Positions 1 through 12,989 of a DNA stretch of 64,000 nt are shown here, in pieces. A program made the translations under genes and the position numbers. Within the stretch, counting starts at the first letter, position 1; each line of letters opens with the position of its first letter. Under the pieces are notes generated by a model. The model was not told where the DNA came from, did not search any database, and saw only the letters and a list, made by a program, of their open reading frames with translations. The DNA comes from Nageia nagi (Eukaryota > Plantae > Pinophyta): the NCBI GenBank assembly GCA_050084985.1, contig JBITNC010000001.1, forward strand, positions 203,298,001 through 203,362,000, written 5' to 3'.

Positions 1-480
1 TTAAAATTACCGACTCTATAAAACCAAAGTCGAGGTGCAAACCCTAAGCTAGGGTTTTGAAATACATATACAAAAGAGTATGAAAATTATAAAAAAATCT
101 ATTCTAATACAACCTACATCATATTAAAACATACATAAACATTTGTAACTATTAAAATTAACCTAGTTTAAAAAATAAAAAAACCAAAAAACTTGTTTTA
201 TGATCATCATCGATCGTGTTAGTGATCGATGATGACTTCTAAGAGATCATTGGCGATCATTAAAATCGGTGACGATTTTGAAGAGATCATTGGTGATCGT
301 TAAAATCACCAATGACTCTATAAAACCAAAGCCGAGGTGCAAACCCTTGGCTAGGGTTTTGAAATACATATACAAAAGAGTATGAAAATTATAAAAAATC
401 TATGCTAATACAACCTACATCATATTAAAACATACATAAACATTTGTAACTATTAAAATTAACCTAGTTTTAAAAAAAAA
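1..480. repeat. Direct repeat, two ~180-bp copies about 302 bp apart
   Basis: gactctataaaaccaaag..gaggtgcaaaccct..gctagggttttgaaatacatatacaaaagagtatg...aacctagttt starts at 12 and at 314 with few mismatches. Confidence 0.9.
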
Positions 481-1522
481 TAAAATAAAAATAAAAAGGT
501 TTAAAACAAAGAAATGGATGGTTAAAATACCTCTTGAGAGATTGATTTGCCTTTCTTTGAGATCCTCTTGTGTGGCGCCATCTAATTTGCTAAAAAGTTG
601 GTAAAAAGACAAAGGAAAATGACAAGTAAGAAAAGACAAAATTGGAATATCAAATGAAAAGTAAAAAGTTAAAAGCAAACTATTTTCTTTTTAAACCCCT
701 CGCGTCATGGATCATCGGCGATCGTTATGTAGTCGTCAACGATTTCACACGGATCATCAACGATTTATCTCATTTGAAAATATATAATATGAAGTATATT
801 TTTTAAAATATCTTAAAAATTTATTTGTGTATAGACAAAATTAGAAGCTTCATTCACTAAGATAAAAGTGAACAAATTATAAATTACATTATTTTTCACC
901 TAGAAGAATGCTCCAATGTCACATGATTGCTAACACATCAGCACATGAAGGACTAGTATTGAGTAAACTTATTAGGGTAAAATAAGTAAAACTGCCATCA
1001 AAACAAGTCTAAACATAAGAAACTAAGATATTTATATCAAAATATACTATTATAAAAATAGTATTTTTACTATATTATATAAATCAATGGTGATCACTTT
1101 ACGGTCGTCAACGATCCTAGAAGATCATCAACGATCCTTGACTAAGTCAAATACAAAAAATAGATCAGACTAAGTCGGAGCTTAGATGGCAAAACAAACA
1201 TAGGATGCGGCAATAATGTCTAGACTATGGTTTCATCAGCCAAGTTGAATCTGTATTCATAGATCAAATCTGAAAATACACAGTCAATTTTACCAAAAAT
1301 AACCAAATGAGTAGATCAAAAATCGAGAAATATCTTTCCAAAAATAGTAAACTAGAACCTATAAAATAAACCTTATATGATATATTTGGACCACAATATG
1401 GATCTGATAGAGTCTTCAGTTAGGAGGCCACCTCCTTTAGATGAATCAGATCCATACTTATGTAAAAGATCATCATGAAACCTATTCTGCTAGGTCAAAA
1501 GTAGAGAAAAGTGAAAGATGAT

Positions 1523-1822
1523 TTGTATATACAAAACAAGCTTCCTATCACATACTCGCTTTGGCATGCATAGACAAACTAGAGTCTTGTCATGCAACTA
1601 CCATAAATAGCACACAGTATGGAGATAAAAACAAGTGAAGTTTTGATATACAACATCACTATCTCAAAATTGTATACATCAAATAAGCGTACCATCACAT
1701 ACTTGCTTCGGTATGCAAAGATAAACTAGAGTCTTATCATGCAACTACCATAAACAGCACATAGTATGGAGATTGACACAAGTGTAGTTTTGATGTATTA
1801 CAATATCATTTTCAAAATGTAT
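1523..1822. repeat. Tandem duplication, 147-bp unit x2
   Basis: tcacatact(c/t)gctt...aaactagagtctt(g/a)tcatgcaactaccataaa...gtatggagat starts at 1548 and at 1695. Confidence 0.9.
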
Positions 1823-1891
1823 CAATTGCAAAAGTTAAAAGATCATATTTAGTCATGGCAAGGAATATCTTCATGACAACACCAGATGATG

Positions 1892-1893
<2 letters not shown>

Positions 1894-1926
<33 letters not shown>
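1894..1926. repeat. (AT)n microsatellite
   Basis: Perfect AT run. Confidence 0.95.
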
Positions 1927-1929
<3 letters not shown>

Positions 1930-2460
1930 GATAAGTTTTGATTCAGAGAAGCTATAATTATATCCTACTAAAAGATCTTAAGCTTTATACGAAAAAAAAA
2001 GATTTTGATGATATTTCTTAAAAATATTGTTAACATTTACAAATATCAAAAGAGATAAAATGTGATGTATCATTGTTATAGGAGATTATCTTGAAACCCC
2101 ATTGTCAGGACAAAGGACAACACCATCAAAACTCATATACTAAATAAAACTTATACGGTACAAGTGCACTTAGACATGTAAAATGACATAATAGAAATGT
2201 CATGCAACTGTCACACAAGCTCAACACATCATCATACCAAAAATAGTCACTTCTGAAGTATATTCAAATTTGTTTTCAAAACTATATCAAATGTTAAAGG
2301 AAAACACATTTTATTATAATTTGATAAATCAAAATTTTGATTCATCTAAGAAATTGAGTCAAAAATTATATCATAGAAAAGTAGCAACATATAATCAAAC
2401 AACAAAGCTTCTCATTCTACATTTTTTGAAACTATCAACCTCATCTTCGGTTGATAATTC

Positions 2461-3563
2461 AAAAAGGGGCAAAATGTAGACACTCAAAATAAACCCTACA
2501 TCTAGTTTAACAACATATAAATAAATAAAATAAGTATCTTTTTAACATATATCATATTAAAATAATCATAACTCTTTATACAAGCCTCAAACAAGCTTTA
2601 AAACTCCATTATTAGATAGATCTCATTGAGTAGATGCAAAACGAGTGGTCATACGACCCCTTTTCATTAAAAAATGACAATTTGGTGATCATTTTAATAT
2701 TATTATAAAAATTATGGAAAAATCGTTAACGATCCAGTACAATCATTGACGATCTTGTAGGATCATTGACGATCCCTGATTAATTCAAAGATAGATAAGT
2801 CTAAGCCCAAAATAGCCTAGCATGCATGATTTAGGATTTTTTATGCAAATTTGGTATAAGAATGCCTCGAAATTTGTATGAGATGTTACCTTGAATTTTG
2901 TGCTAGCAAGATAATGTATAACAAACATTTGAGCCTATAAATATAAGCTCTGTATATGAATAAAGGGACCCAATTTACGATAGCGAAGCTCTATCAAGAT
3001 TAAACTAGGAGTGTTGTTAACAAATATCTGAAGCTTAATCATTACAAATCTATAATCAAGTACGTTTTAATCTTATGTTATTTACTTTTGATTCATATTT
3101 AATGTATTATCAAGTATGCTTTGATGTTTTGTTCATTTTCTGTGTGTAGGGTCAATACAGGAAAAGAACAATAGAAGTAAGTGCGAAGGAAAATAACCAG
3201 GACAAAATACAAAAATTTCAAAATTTGTAAAAGTTCACTATAGTGTCAGAAATCATCAATGATCTAGATATCGGTCGACGATGATTTATTAGATCGATGA
3301 TAAAAGCCAAAAGATTACAAAGTGCTCTATAATAGTGGAGATCATCGATGATTCATACATTGATCATTACCGATCCATACATCGATCGTTGCCAATCCAT
3401 ACAGATCAATAACGATCCTTATTGTATTAAATTTCATTCAATCTTTTCAGATATAATATTTGCATTATTATTGATGTGTAATATTGAATGTGTTTTGATT
3501 TATTATGTTGAATGATTAATCTGGCTAAATTGAGTTTTAGGTGCACAATTTAATATACACAAA
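2461..3563 (+). mobile_element. Polypurine tract plus 3' LTR of gypsy-type element A
   Basis: aaaaaggggcaaaa is followed directly by TGTAGACAC at 2475. TATA-like cctataaatat near 2934, then aataaa. The end gtgcacaatttaatatacacaa (approximate) resembles the ...acacacaaca LTR end at 43303. Confidence 0.65.
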
Positions 3564-3564
3564 G

Positions 3565-4420
3565 AAAATAAACAAATATCTCAAAATAGCAATACACCAC
3601 CACAAACCCCACCACCAACCCTAAAGAACAATATACCCATAGAGAATAAGGCTATAGTGAAAAACCAACAACCAAAGCAACCTCCTATAGTGCAAAATAA
3701 TGGAGATGCAATTAATTAAAGGATTGAGAACCTAGAAAAAGATATGCATAATGATTATGAAGATGATTTCTTGTATTGCTTAAAGCTTCCATTGATTGAT
3801 AGAATTATTTCTAAGTTGTTTGTTTGTAAAAAGAGTGTAAAATTTACAAAATTTAAAGGTTTACAAGATCTAAAAATGCATGTTAGAAAATTTTAAGAGG
3901 AAGCTATTGAATATGTTCATAATAGATATATGCTTACAAAATTATTTCCAAGTAGATTGAAATATGATGCATTGAAATGGTACTTTAGTCTTCTTGAAAA
4001 TAGTATTGATAAGTATGAGGATTTGATACATAAATTTTTGAAAACCTTTAGATATAATATCATAGAAAAAGTTCAATTTAAGGATTTATGTAAAATTAAG
4101 CAATTACCTAATGAATCTATGTCTAATTTTATGAGAGTATAGAAATAAATTGCAAATAAAATATTTATGCATCAGTAAGATTTAAAGAATACTTTTGCAA
4201 ATGCTCTATTACCTATGTATAAACTACAGGTTGTATCTAATAATGAATTGAAATTAGCTAAAATGATAAATATTTTGCTTAAAAAGGAAGATTGTATCAA
4301 ACAAACTTATAAGAAATGTTATCAAAAATTTCAAATGTATGAAAAGAAATCAAAACCTTAAGTATATGAAAAGAAACTAGAATTTGCTATAGCTAATGTG
4401 TTTAAGGCCATGGTCACTCC
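3565..4420 (+). pseudogene. gag: Ty3/gypsy gag remnant (Retrotrans_gag-like)
   Basis: KFKGLQDLKMHVRKF*EE...KLFPSRLKYDALKWYFSLLENSIDKYEDL...F...DLCKIKQLPNESMSNF matches the gypsy gag core; in-frame stops. Confidence 0.85.
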
Positions 4421-4841
4421 ATGAGCAAAATTTGTTACAAATTTCATGTTATTCCAAGCTTGGGTCATGAAAATATCTCATCAACTTGATAATCATTATT
4501 CAATAGAACTATGTATCTTAATGACCATAGTAAGACAATGGATATTATATTTATTTTATCCTTACTCTTTAAATTGATTATTCTTTTATTGGATATGATC
4601 TATATAGGTATTATGTTAGATTTTTCTTGAAAAGGTATTATCTAAGAGAGTAGAAACCAAATAAAGGTACTCTCCTCATACATAGATTCTGATTTTTGAC
4701 TTGAATACCAAAAGGGGAAAAATATATATCATACTTGATATATCGATAAAAAAAGAGAAGTCCACTTTACTATTGAAAATTTTCTTCTCTTCTCTAAACT
4801 TCTTTGGATTATGTAATTTCCATGCTTTTCATTTCACATAC

Positions 4842-5570
4842 AAGGAGGTGTAAAATGTAGATACTTAAAATTGATTTATTATTTATTTAATAAAGTATAT
4901 TTAGATTTCTTAAATGAATTATTGAAATATTACAAATATCAAGATAAAGTTGATATTACAATGTGCTAGGGTTAATGTAATGTCATATGCTATGGTTCAT
5001 ATTTAAATTTATCTTGAATACAACAAAGTTTTATATTATTACTAAAGGTTGACCTTCACTTCTCTCTATTTATTTGTAGGTTGTATATGCAAGTGGAATA
5101 GGTTAACCTCCACAGATCAAAACTATTTGATATGAAAAGATCTCTGATAGGTGGTTGTATCCTGCAATCTTCATCAAGCAAAGTTGTCTTTAGATGCCAC
5201 CTATTATGAGAAATTGTTATACTTTGATATTTGAAACTTTTTATCTTTTATGCACTCCATAATTCTACATATTTAATGTTTTTAATCATGTGTGTCTTTA
5301 TCATTTAAGGTTTCATATTTTGGTGGAAGAGGCTATTGATCCATGTATACGAAGATCTATTGTGAGCTCATCTCTAATTTTATGCTAATTATTTGAATAT
5401 CTATTTTCATTTGCTTTTGAGGAATACATATACACTTCATATCAGGTGCATGATTTTCATGTATTATTATTGTATCTAATATAATATATCATATTTAGCT
5501 CTTCTTATATTGTAGATCATTTTATTTATTATATATATTTGTATTTTACATAATTTAGGGTCCATAGAGA
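4842..5570 (+). mobile_element. PPT-like tract and LTR start (3' LTR of the gag-only element); right end uncertain
   Basis: aaggaggtgtaaaa-TGTAGATACTTAAAATTG at 4856, the same terminal motif as at 2475 and 25448. Confidence 0.45.
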
Positions 5571-5699
5571 TACTCTAATTTTGGAATGATTCCTATGCTT
5601 GATCTTATCACCCACATAGTTTTATTTGACCTTTTAGGCATGTCAAACCCTATGATGATGAGCCTAATGAGGATACTTATTAGTTGTATCTTAACCACC

Positions 5700-7012
5700 A
5701 GTGGGAGGATAAATCACATATATTAGTTGAGCAGTTGGTAGAGATTCACTTAGGACATGATCCTAGTATTCAAAAGGTGATTTAGTTTGGTAAAGGGCTT
5801 AATACAATTAAGCTAGTAGAGTGGAATATAGAGATCAAGAAGAGAGTAAAGGTCTTTTCTTATTCATATTAGGATATATTGAGGTTGGATATCAACATTA
5901 TGGTGCATCATTTGACTTCAAAACTTGATGCTAAACTAATTAAATAAAAATCATGCAACATGCATCCTAGAAAGGCATTGTTGATAAGGAAAGAGCTATA
6001 GAAGATGTTGGATTCCAAATTTATAGAGATAATTACTTATCTAGTGTAGGTATCCAATCTAGTGATAGTTCACAAACTAGATGATAAAATTAGAATTTAT
6101 ACAAATTTTAGAGATATGAATAAAGATTTTCCTAATGATGATTTTCCATTACCCAACATTGATACCTTAGTTGACAACATTATAAATCATGAAATATTTT
6201 CATTGATGGAAAAATTTTATGATTGCAATCAAATCATTATCTCTGAAGAGGATAAGCAAAAAATGATATTTACCACTTTGTGTGGGATATATTGTTACAA
6301 GGTGATGCCATTTTGATCTTAAAAATGTAGGAGTCACTTATCAGAGGGTCATGAATTACATTCTTCATGACTATATGCATGATATAGTTGAGGTTGATCC
6401 TAAAAAGGTCAAAACTATTAGTGAAATACCTCATCCAAAGATTTTGAAGTAGTTGTAGAGTTTATATGGAAAGAGTTAGGCTATCAGAAGATTCATAGCA
6501 TAATTGTTTGATAAATATTGATCATTCAACAAATTACTAAAGAAGAAGGTCAAATTTCCTTGGGATTTAGAGTGTCAAAAGGACTTTGATGTGATAAAGT
6601 AATATCTTACACATCATCCCATTCTTATTACTCCTAGGATGGGAGTACCCTTTCACTTATATATTTCTACCACCAACTTTGCTTTAGGCTTGATGCTGGC
6701 CTAACAAAATGAAGTAAAGAGAGACCAAGCCATATACTATATAAGTCATACACTAGTGGTTTATGAGATTATAAATACACATCTTGAGAAATTATGCCTT
6801 ATAGTAGTCTTTGCATCTTAGAATTTGTGACACTACATGCTTAATTAGAAGACCTATGTGATTTCTAAGATGGATCCTTTAAAGTATATGATAAATAAAA
6901 TTATCCTTAATACTCAAGTGCAAAAATGGATTATGTTTCTTACTAAGTTTGACCTTGATTCTATCAATCAAAAATATATCAAGGATCAAGTTATAGCTAA
7001 TAAATTGATATA
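5700..7012 (+). pseudogene. pol: Tat/Ogre-like gypsy pol: RT (active-site region deleted) and RNase H, element B
   Basis: KIRIYTNFRDMNKDFPNDDFPLPNID, FTTLCGIYCYKVMPF, VDPKKVK, PFHLYIS, YYISHTL and KWIMFLTKFD motifs, with many stops. Confidence 0.9.
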
Positions 7013-7018
7013 AGAACC

Positions 7019-8320
7019 TCAATTATGTTGCTCCTCACACAAAGTTTCACTCAAAAAATCACACCTTACTAAGATTTTAAAATCATCATTTGGATCCACA
7101 TGACCCAAGTTTTTCATCAATGTCTTCTCCCAAGGAAGACTCTTCAATGTTGTCTCCATAATGCAATCCTCAAGCAATGCCTTGATAAGACATTCTCCTC
7201 CATTCTCCATAGACTTCAACCTATCCTTCACACATTTGATTAGCAAACATTCATTAGTAGCATTAGCAAATAAGCCAAAAAATAAGAAATCATTTCCTTT
7301 AATGATGTTTTGTTGAGTAGATATCCACATTAATCTTTCCTTTGATGTTGCTTTTAAAGCAATCATTTCTTCATTCATGATAAGGAATTCCCATGGTTCC
7401 TCTTTGCATATTGTTGCCTTTATAAGACAACTCTCAAGATCTTTTTATGCCTCCATTTCACCATGAAGTCCATCAATGGCTATCTCATTATCTTCCATCT
7501 CCCCCTTGAGATAGTCATCTTCATTCTCCACTCTTGATAAGTGGTCTTCATCATAAGGGAGACAAAAATGCTCCTTATCTTCAACATTCTCTTCCATGAT
7601 AATGATTTGTGATCCATGATTTGAATCCACAAATTTTTGAGATGGTGCCATCTTCATGAGACACTCTTCATGACATGCCTCCTTCATGAGATATTTTTTA
7701 CAATATGCCTTCTCCATTAGGCATTCTTCATAAGCTTCCTCCATGAAGCATTCTTTATCCACTTTACTCCCTTCCATGAGAGTTTCACAAGCCTCTTCAC
7801 AAGGCCACATCAAATTCATATCTTCCTCTTCATCATCATGCATGCCTTCTTCATAAAACATGTCTTCAAAAAGTCCTTCAAAAGGATCTTTAAAACAAGG
7901 CTCTTCACATGAGTCTCCATCAGGCTCTTCAAGCATATATGGCTCTTCCCATGAGCCTTCACCAAAAGAACAAGGTTCCCCTTTGTTCACACAAGCTTCA
8001 TATTCATTAACATCAAAAACATCTTTCAAAACCTTCCATGCAATAGAAGCTGATTTACAAATTGCTATAAGAGGAAAAACATTTTCTTTCATACCTTTTC
8101 TTAAGTCCATGAGAGCTAAGCAATTTTGATATTACTTTTCCTTCTTTTCTCTTTTCTCCTCTCCTTCAAGAGACTTACAAGATGGAGGTTCATCATACCC
8201 ATCTTCTATAATACTCCAAAGGTCCTTAGCCTTGAGTAAGGTCTTCATTATTATGCTCCACCAAGCATAATTTTGTCCATCAAACTTGGGCACCTCCAAG
8301 TTTTCAAGCATGATGATCAT
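7019..8320 (-). pseudogene. gag: Copia gag N-terminus fused in frame to an acidic Cys/Met-rich repetitive tail
   Basis: VPKFDGQNYAWWSIIMKTLLKAKDLWSIIEDGY and AL...VFPLIA.CKSA..AW..LK..F (DUF4219/UBN2-type). ORFs 8132-8320, 7445-8110 and 7019-7378 are in one frame, separated by single stops. Confidence 0.85.
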
Positions 8321-8325
8321 CTTCT

Positions 8326-8352
8326 TTATATATATATATATATATATATATA
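8326..8352. repeat. (TA)n microsatellite
   Basis: Perfect TA run just upstream of the copia gag start. Confidence 0.9.
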
Positions 8353-10464
8353 TGGGGATTTCAATAAATCCACATCACACACATCTTTAAAAAAAATACA
8401 TCTCAAATACTATTCCTTTATGGAATAAGGTCTGCACCTTTGTTAGCTTCTCAAATAGGACCACCCTTTTCTCTTGCTGCTCAAGCCTCTGTACTTTAGA
8501 TAGGTCTATCTTCAACATAATTCTTGTTGCTTTCTTTAGTCTTTGAATGCAAAAATACACACTCTCTAGTTTTACATAGGCTACAAAATAATAATAGTAG
8601 ATCAAAAAATTAAAATAATCACTTCTTGCTTCACACTAATAGCTTCTCTTTCATATGCAGAATTCCTCTACACAATGCATGCCTCTCCTCTCACACACAA
8701 TGGTTACTTTGCTAGGTTAATGGTATTTCATGGGCATCTTGTGAGAAGTATGTACCTCTATCAGCTTCTGGAGCTCCCAACTGCATGCACAACTTCTTCA
8801 TTCATTCATAATGGGCATAGAGCTTGCACTCACAATTCCTCATGTTACCTTCTTGCAACAAACAATAGCAGTAGTGCAAATGGATCAATTCACCTTTTTC
8901 ATAGGACTCTCCATTACTACTATTGCTTCTCTCAGCGGATGGGCTCTCCACACAATTTTGGCCATGGGCCTTCTTCTCACTGGGGCATGAGCTTTGCACA
9001 CAACATAAGACTCCTATTCGCACACTACTTTTGTGAGCAATTGGGAAACTAATATAGGTGGGAGCACATAACAGTTTAACAGTCTCTAAACCTACCTAAA
9101 CTTGAACATAGTCTTCACATCAAATGAGCCTTTTCTCCATATGCATGGTCATCAGGATCTTTGTTGGCTATTATGGTTGCAAATGCCTCATATACATGTA
9201 CTTCTAGTAGATCTCAATCACTAAACATTAACTCATTAGGCTTTGCAGATCATGGGCTTTTCATAACCTCCACATCTTTTGCTTGATAGTCACCAAGCAA
9301 ATACTCCCATGTCAAGCAACGCCATGTGATCCAAGCTCTTCATAGGACTAAAGTCTTCACACTACTTGTAGGTCTGTTTCTTGATATATAGTGACTTAGG
9401 GTTTAATTTGCACTCATTAGGCCTCTTCTTTCTCATAAACATAAGCTTTTCTCCTCATTCAGACACATAGACAAGCTCACAGTCTTCCCACAACTCTATG
9501 ATCTCCTCTCAATGGGTGTTGACTATCAATAACTCCTCTAGTCACTATCTTCACTTATCGGTGAGTTCTCTCCTCTCTTCTATGATTCCTCACATCAGAT
9601 GGCTCCTCACACCCTCTTCTCAAATCATGATGCCTTCTCCTGATGTGGGTAATTAGTGGGACTCTCATGTAGGTAGGCTCATGCTTTGGTTGGCAACCTC
9701 TCTGCTTGCAGGTTTTCCTTGTCACTAATGACTCTCTCTATTCTCATAGTTTTGATTCATGTACAAGCTCCTCAATACCACTTGTATCCTCATGTTATCT
9801 TCTTCTTTGTAATGAGATGCCTTCACTCTATCCTCCACACTAATGATTTGGGGCTCTCAATAGCATAGCAATCCAACATCGTAGTATGGTAATTATGGGG
9901 ATCTCATTTTCTTCTCTTGGTGCAGTGATCCTTCTTTCATGACATCTCTTAGCACACAATAGTAGGTGGTTGGTTGTGTCACTCTCCAGCCACTTCTTTC
10001 TTTAGTGTGGGCTCCTTTCAAACCTTATAGATCTCCTTTCAATAGTAGCATGTCCAAGTAGACCTCAAGGACTGGCAGATGACTCACACACAATAGCACT
10101 CCTCATAGCCTCGATGTGCAGTCTAGTATTAAATGATGTCCAATCAAAATCTCCCTAATGCAATACATGTGGGGGGGGGCACAACAATATAGTGTGCAAT
10201 ACAATGCACAATCTTTTAGCATAACACTCCTTTAAGGTGCAGGTTTGAATGGCGATAGTCTTCTCACACTTCTTAGCTATCTCATGCAGCTTCATTACTT
10301 CCACAAAAACAAGAATTTTTCTAGAGGATTTGGATCTCACACTTGCAATAATTTGATAAATTCTTTGCAATGCATCCACAAGCTCAATAATTCTGATGAC
10401 AGTCCTTGAGGATCTTGATAAGATCCTTCAAGACTTCACCCACTCTAACCCTATGATCGATTTA

Positions 10465-10476
10465 GCTCTGATACCA
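10465..10476 (-). promoter_or_regulatory. Primer-binding site, tRNA-iMet
   Basis: gctctgatacca is the reverse complement of TGGTATCAGAGC and lies 2 nt from the LTR end. Confidence 0.95.
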
Positions 10477-10478
10477 TT

Positions 10479-10765
10479 TGAGAGAACCAAAATGTTCTGT
10501 ATTATTCATCAAAATGAGTTACATATATAGGCTTAAAAAAGCCATTACAAGACAAGATAAGAAGTTGATAATAATATTCTCATGACCATAAAAAACTCTA
10601 ACTCACACTATACATATCACCCTTAGATCACTAAATGACAAATTACTTGTTATAACAATAAACTAATAAATACTTAGACCTAGATACTTAGGAAAATACT
10701 TTAGTCCTAATTAATTAATCCTAATAACTTAGTACTTATGAATCATGTTAGAAATACTTCCAACA
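10479..10765 (-). mobile_element. 5' LTR (287 bp) of the copia derivative
   Basis: Minus strand reads TGTTGG...cctatatatgtaac...aataata...TCTCA and abuts the PBS. Host integrase sequence resumes at 10766. Confidence 0.85.
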
Positions 10766-11901
10766 TATAGAAGGGGTTATGATAGAGTATTCCTTCATTA
10801 TCTAGAGTGGCCAAAGCAACAGATTGCTTTGCATACATGTCATGATGGTACTTATGATGAGCACTTTAGTGGATTTGAAATTACCAAGAGACTAATTAGA
10901 ATGGGATATTAATAGCCCACTATGGAGAGAGATTATTATGACTATATCAAGAAGTGTATAAAGTGTCAATAACATGTCTATATAACACACACACCCTCTT
11001 AAGAATTACAACCCATTCAGACTATGTGGCCATCATCTAGATGGGGGTTTGATTTTATTGGTCAATTTAACCCACCTTCATATGGAGGGAATAAGTTCAT
11101 CATTATAGCCACTAAATATTTCACAAAGTGGGTAGAAGTAGCCCCCATGGTATCCACTAAGGGTTCAAAGATTATGGAATTTATAGAACATAATATCATT
11201 GGTTTGGCATACCTGCATGGATTATTTTATATAATGGTCTAAACTTTAAGAATAAGGACATGCAATGCTTTTTCTACAAATATAAGATCAAATACAACAT
11301 TTATACACCTTATTATCTATAGGGTAATGGGAAAGTAGAAGCAACAAATAAGACCATAGTGGTAATCCTTAAGAAAATGGTTATCATATCACACAAATAT
11401 TGGAACACTCATATACCACTCATCTTATGGGCTTATAAAATCAACATTTGCATTTCTATAGGTGCCAAACCTTTCTTAGTAGTGTATGGGGATGATACCA
11501 TGATGCTTTTAGAGCTTGATATCCTATCCTTGCATATTTAGTTGTAAGATCTCCTTCCAAAAGTAGAGGCTTAATAGGCTAGACTAGACTAGTTAGTGTT
11601 GCTACATGAGAGGTGTATTAAGGCCTTAAATAACTTCTAAGTTTATTAAAATCATCTCAAGAAATCTTATAGTAAAAGGATCAGGCCTTGATAATTTTAG
11701 ACAGGTGATGCAATCATAAAAGAAAATTAATAGCATTCATATTTAGAGCAAACTTTGAGGGATAAGTTTGATCCAAATCAATTAGGGCCCTATATTATTA
11801 AACACAAATTCACATCAAAGGCATATTACTTGGCTACCTTGGAAAGGGTAGAAGTGGCTGAACAAAATAATACCATACACCTTAATCCCTTCCATGTCTA
11901 G
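10766..11901 (+). pseudogene. pol: Gypsy integrase of element B (H2C2 zinc finger, rve core, GPY module)
   Basis: YRRGYD, CHDG...H...C.KCQ, WPSSRWGFDFIGQFNPPS, ATKYFTKWVE, GNGKVEATNK, LWAY and LGPYII motifs. Confidence 0.92.
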
Positions 11902-12989
11902 TAAGAGGCATGGTTTTCCTATTTTTTGTCTTGGTTTTTTTATCTTGCATCCTATATTCTTAAAAAAGATAAAAAATTGTAAAATATATCTATCTTAATC
12001 ATCATGTAAGTCCATAAATGTCTTGTTCTCTTCTAATTATTGCCATCATTATGTAGTGAAAGTTAGTCTTATTTGAATTTCATTTTTAGTTTATGTACCC
12101 ATTTGAGAAGGATTCCTATGCAAACTATTATAAGTAGCTAGGGGGGTCTCTTCTCATCTACAAAAGTTTTGTTTCATCAAGTTGGATCTTGATATTTAGG
12201 ATCAATACTTGGATGGTTTTTCACTTTTAGTATTTCCTATATTTTTTGGGGATATGAGAACCACTAGTCACTCATTCCTAGCATCAAATTGTTTGGATTG
12301 TCTTCAATTTCATTAGATTGCCTTATATTCAATTATATTTTCTTAACCATTTTTAAATGTCATAGAACCATTAGGAGAAACATCCTTCCTAGTCTAGTTG
12401 GGGCTAGAGCTCATCTTACACATTCACATGGAAGTAGTTCCAAACCTATTTACATTTATTATTATATCCACTTATCATTTTTCATAATTTCCAATCATTC
12501 AAGTTCTCATTATTTCTCATGGTGGGTCAATACTATTAAATGAATTTCCTCATATTATTTCAAAAAATGGGAGGAATAAGATCTCATTTAGCATATTAAA
12601 ATGGATCTATCTCAAAATTCCTACATCATATAATCATGTTTTCTTATTCATTTTGAAGCATTAAAACTCATTCACTTAAATCTATATATGAAATAAATCC
12701 ATCATAACCATATCATATATGTAATAATAAAAATATGCATGAATTGTACCATAGCATACCATAATCATTGTAATAACAAAAAATAATATAAATACATTGA
12801 TCATGATTTCAAATTAGCACATATAAGAAAAATATTGTGTATATATAAAAAGAGGTGTTGTAAGCCATAAAACAATACATAAGCTATCTAGAGTGCTCTG
12901 ATACAAAAATATCATCTAGTGACATATACTAATCATATATATCTAATATAGTCTATGCATTCTATTCAACAAAACTATGTGTATCTCAT

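Larger units (their letters stand above)
7015..10765 (-). mobile_element. 3'-truncated Ty1/copia-derived element
   Basis: On the minus strand: LTR TGTTGG...CA, PBS-Met, ~2.1-kb leader, copia gag N-terminus. It interrupts pol of element B. No 3' LTR and no left TSD seen. Confidence 0.85.

Noticed and set aside
38-58. aaaccct/agggttt motifs as telomeric repeats
   Set aside because: Isolated telo-box-like words common in plant LTR elements; no tandem telomeric array.
415-2479. Short ORFs at 415-678 and 2270-2479
   Set aside because: Low-complexity translations of AT-rich repeat DNA with no family motif.
7860-8129. Ser-rich + strand ORF
   Set aside because: Antisense shadow of the Glu-rich copia gag tail.
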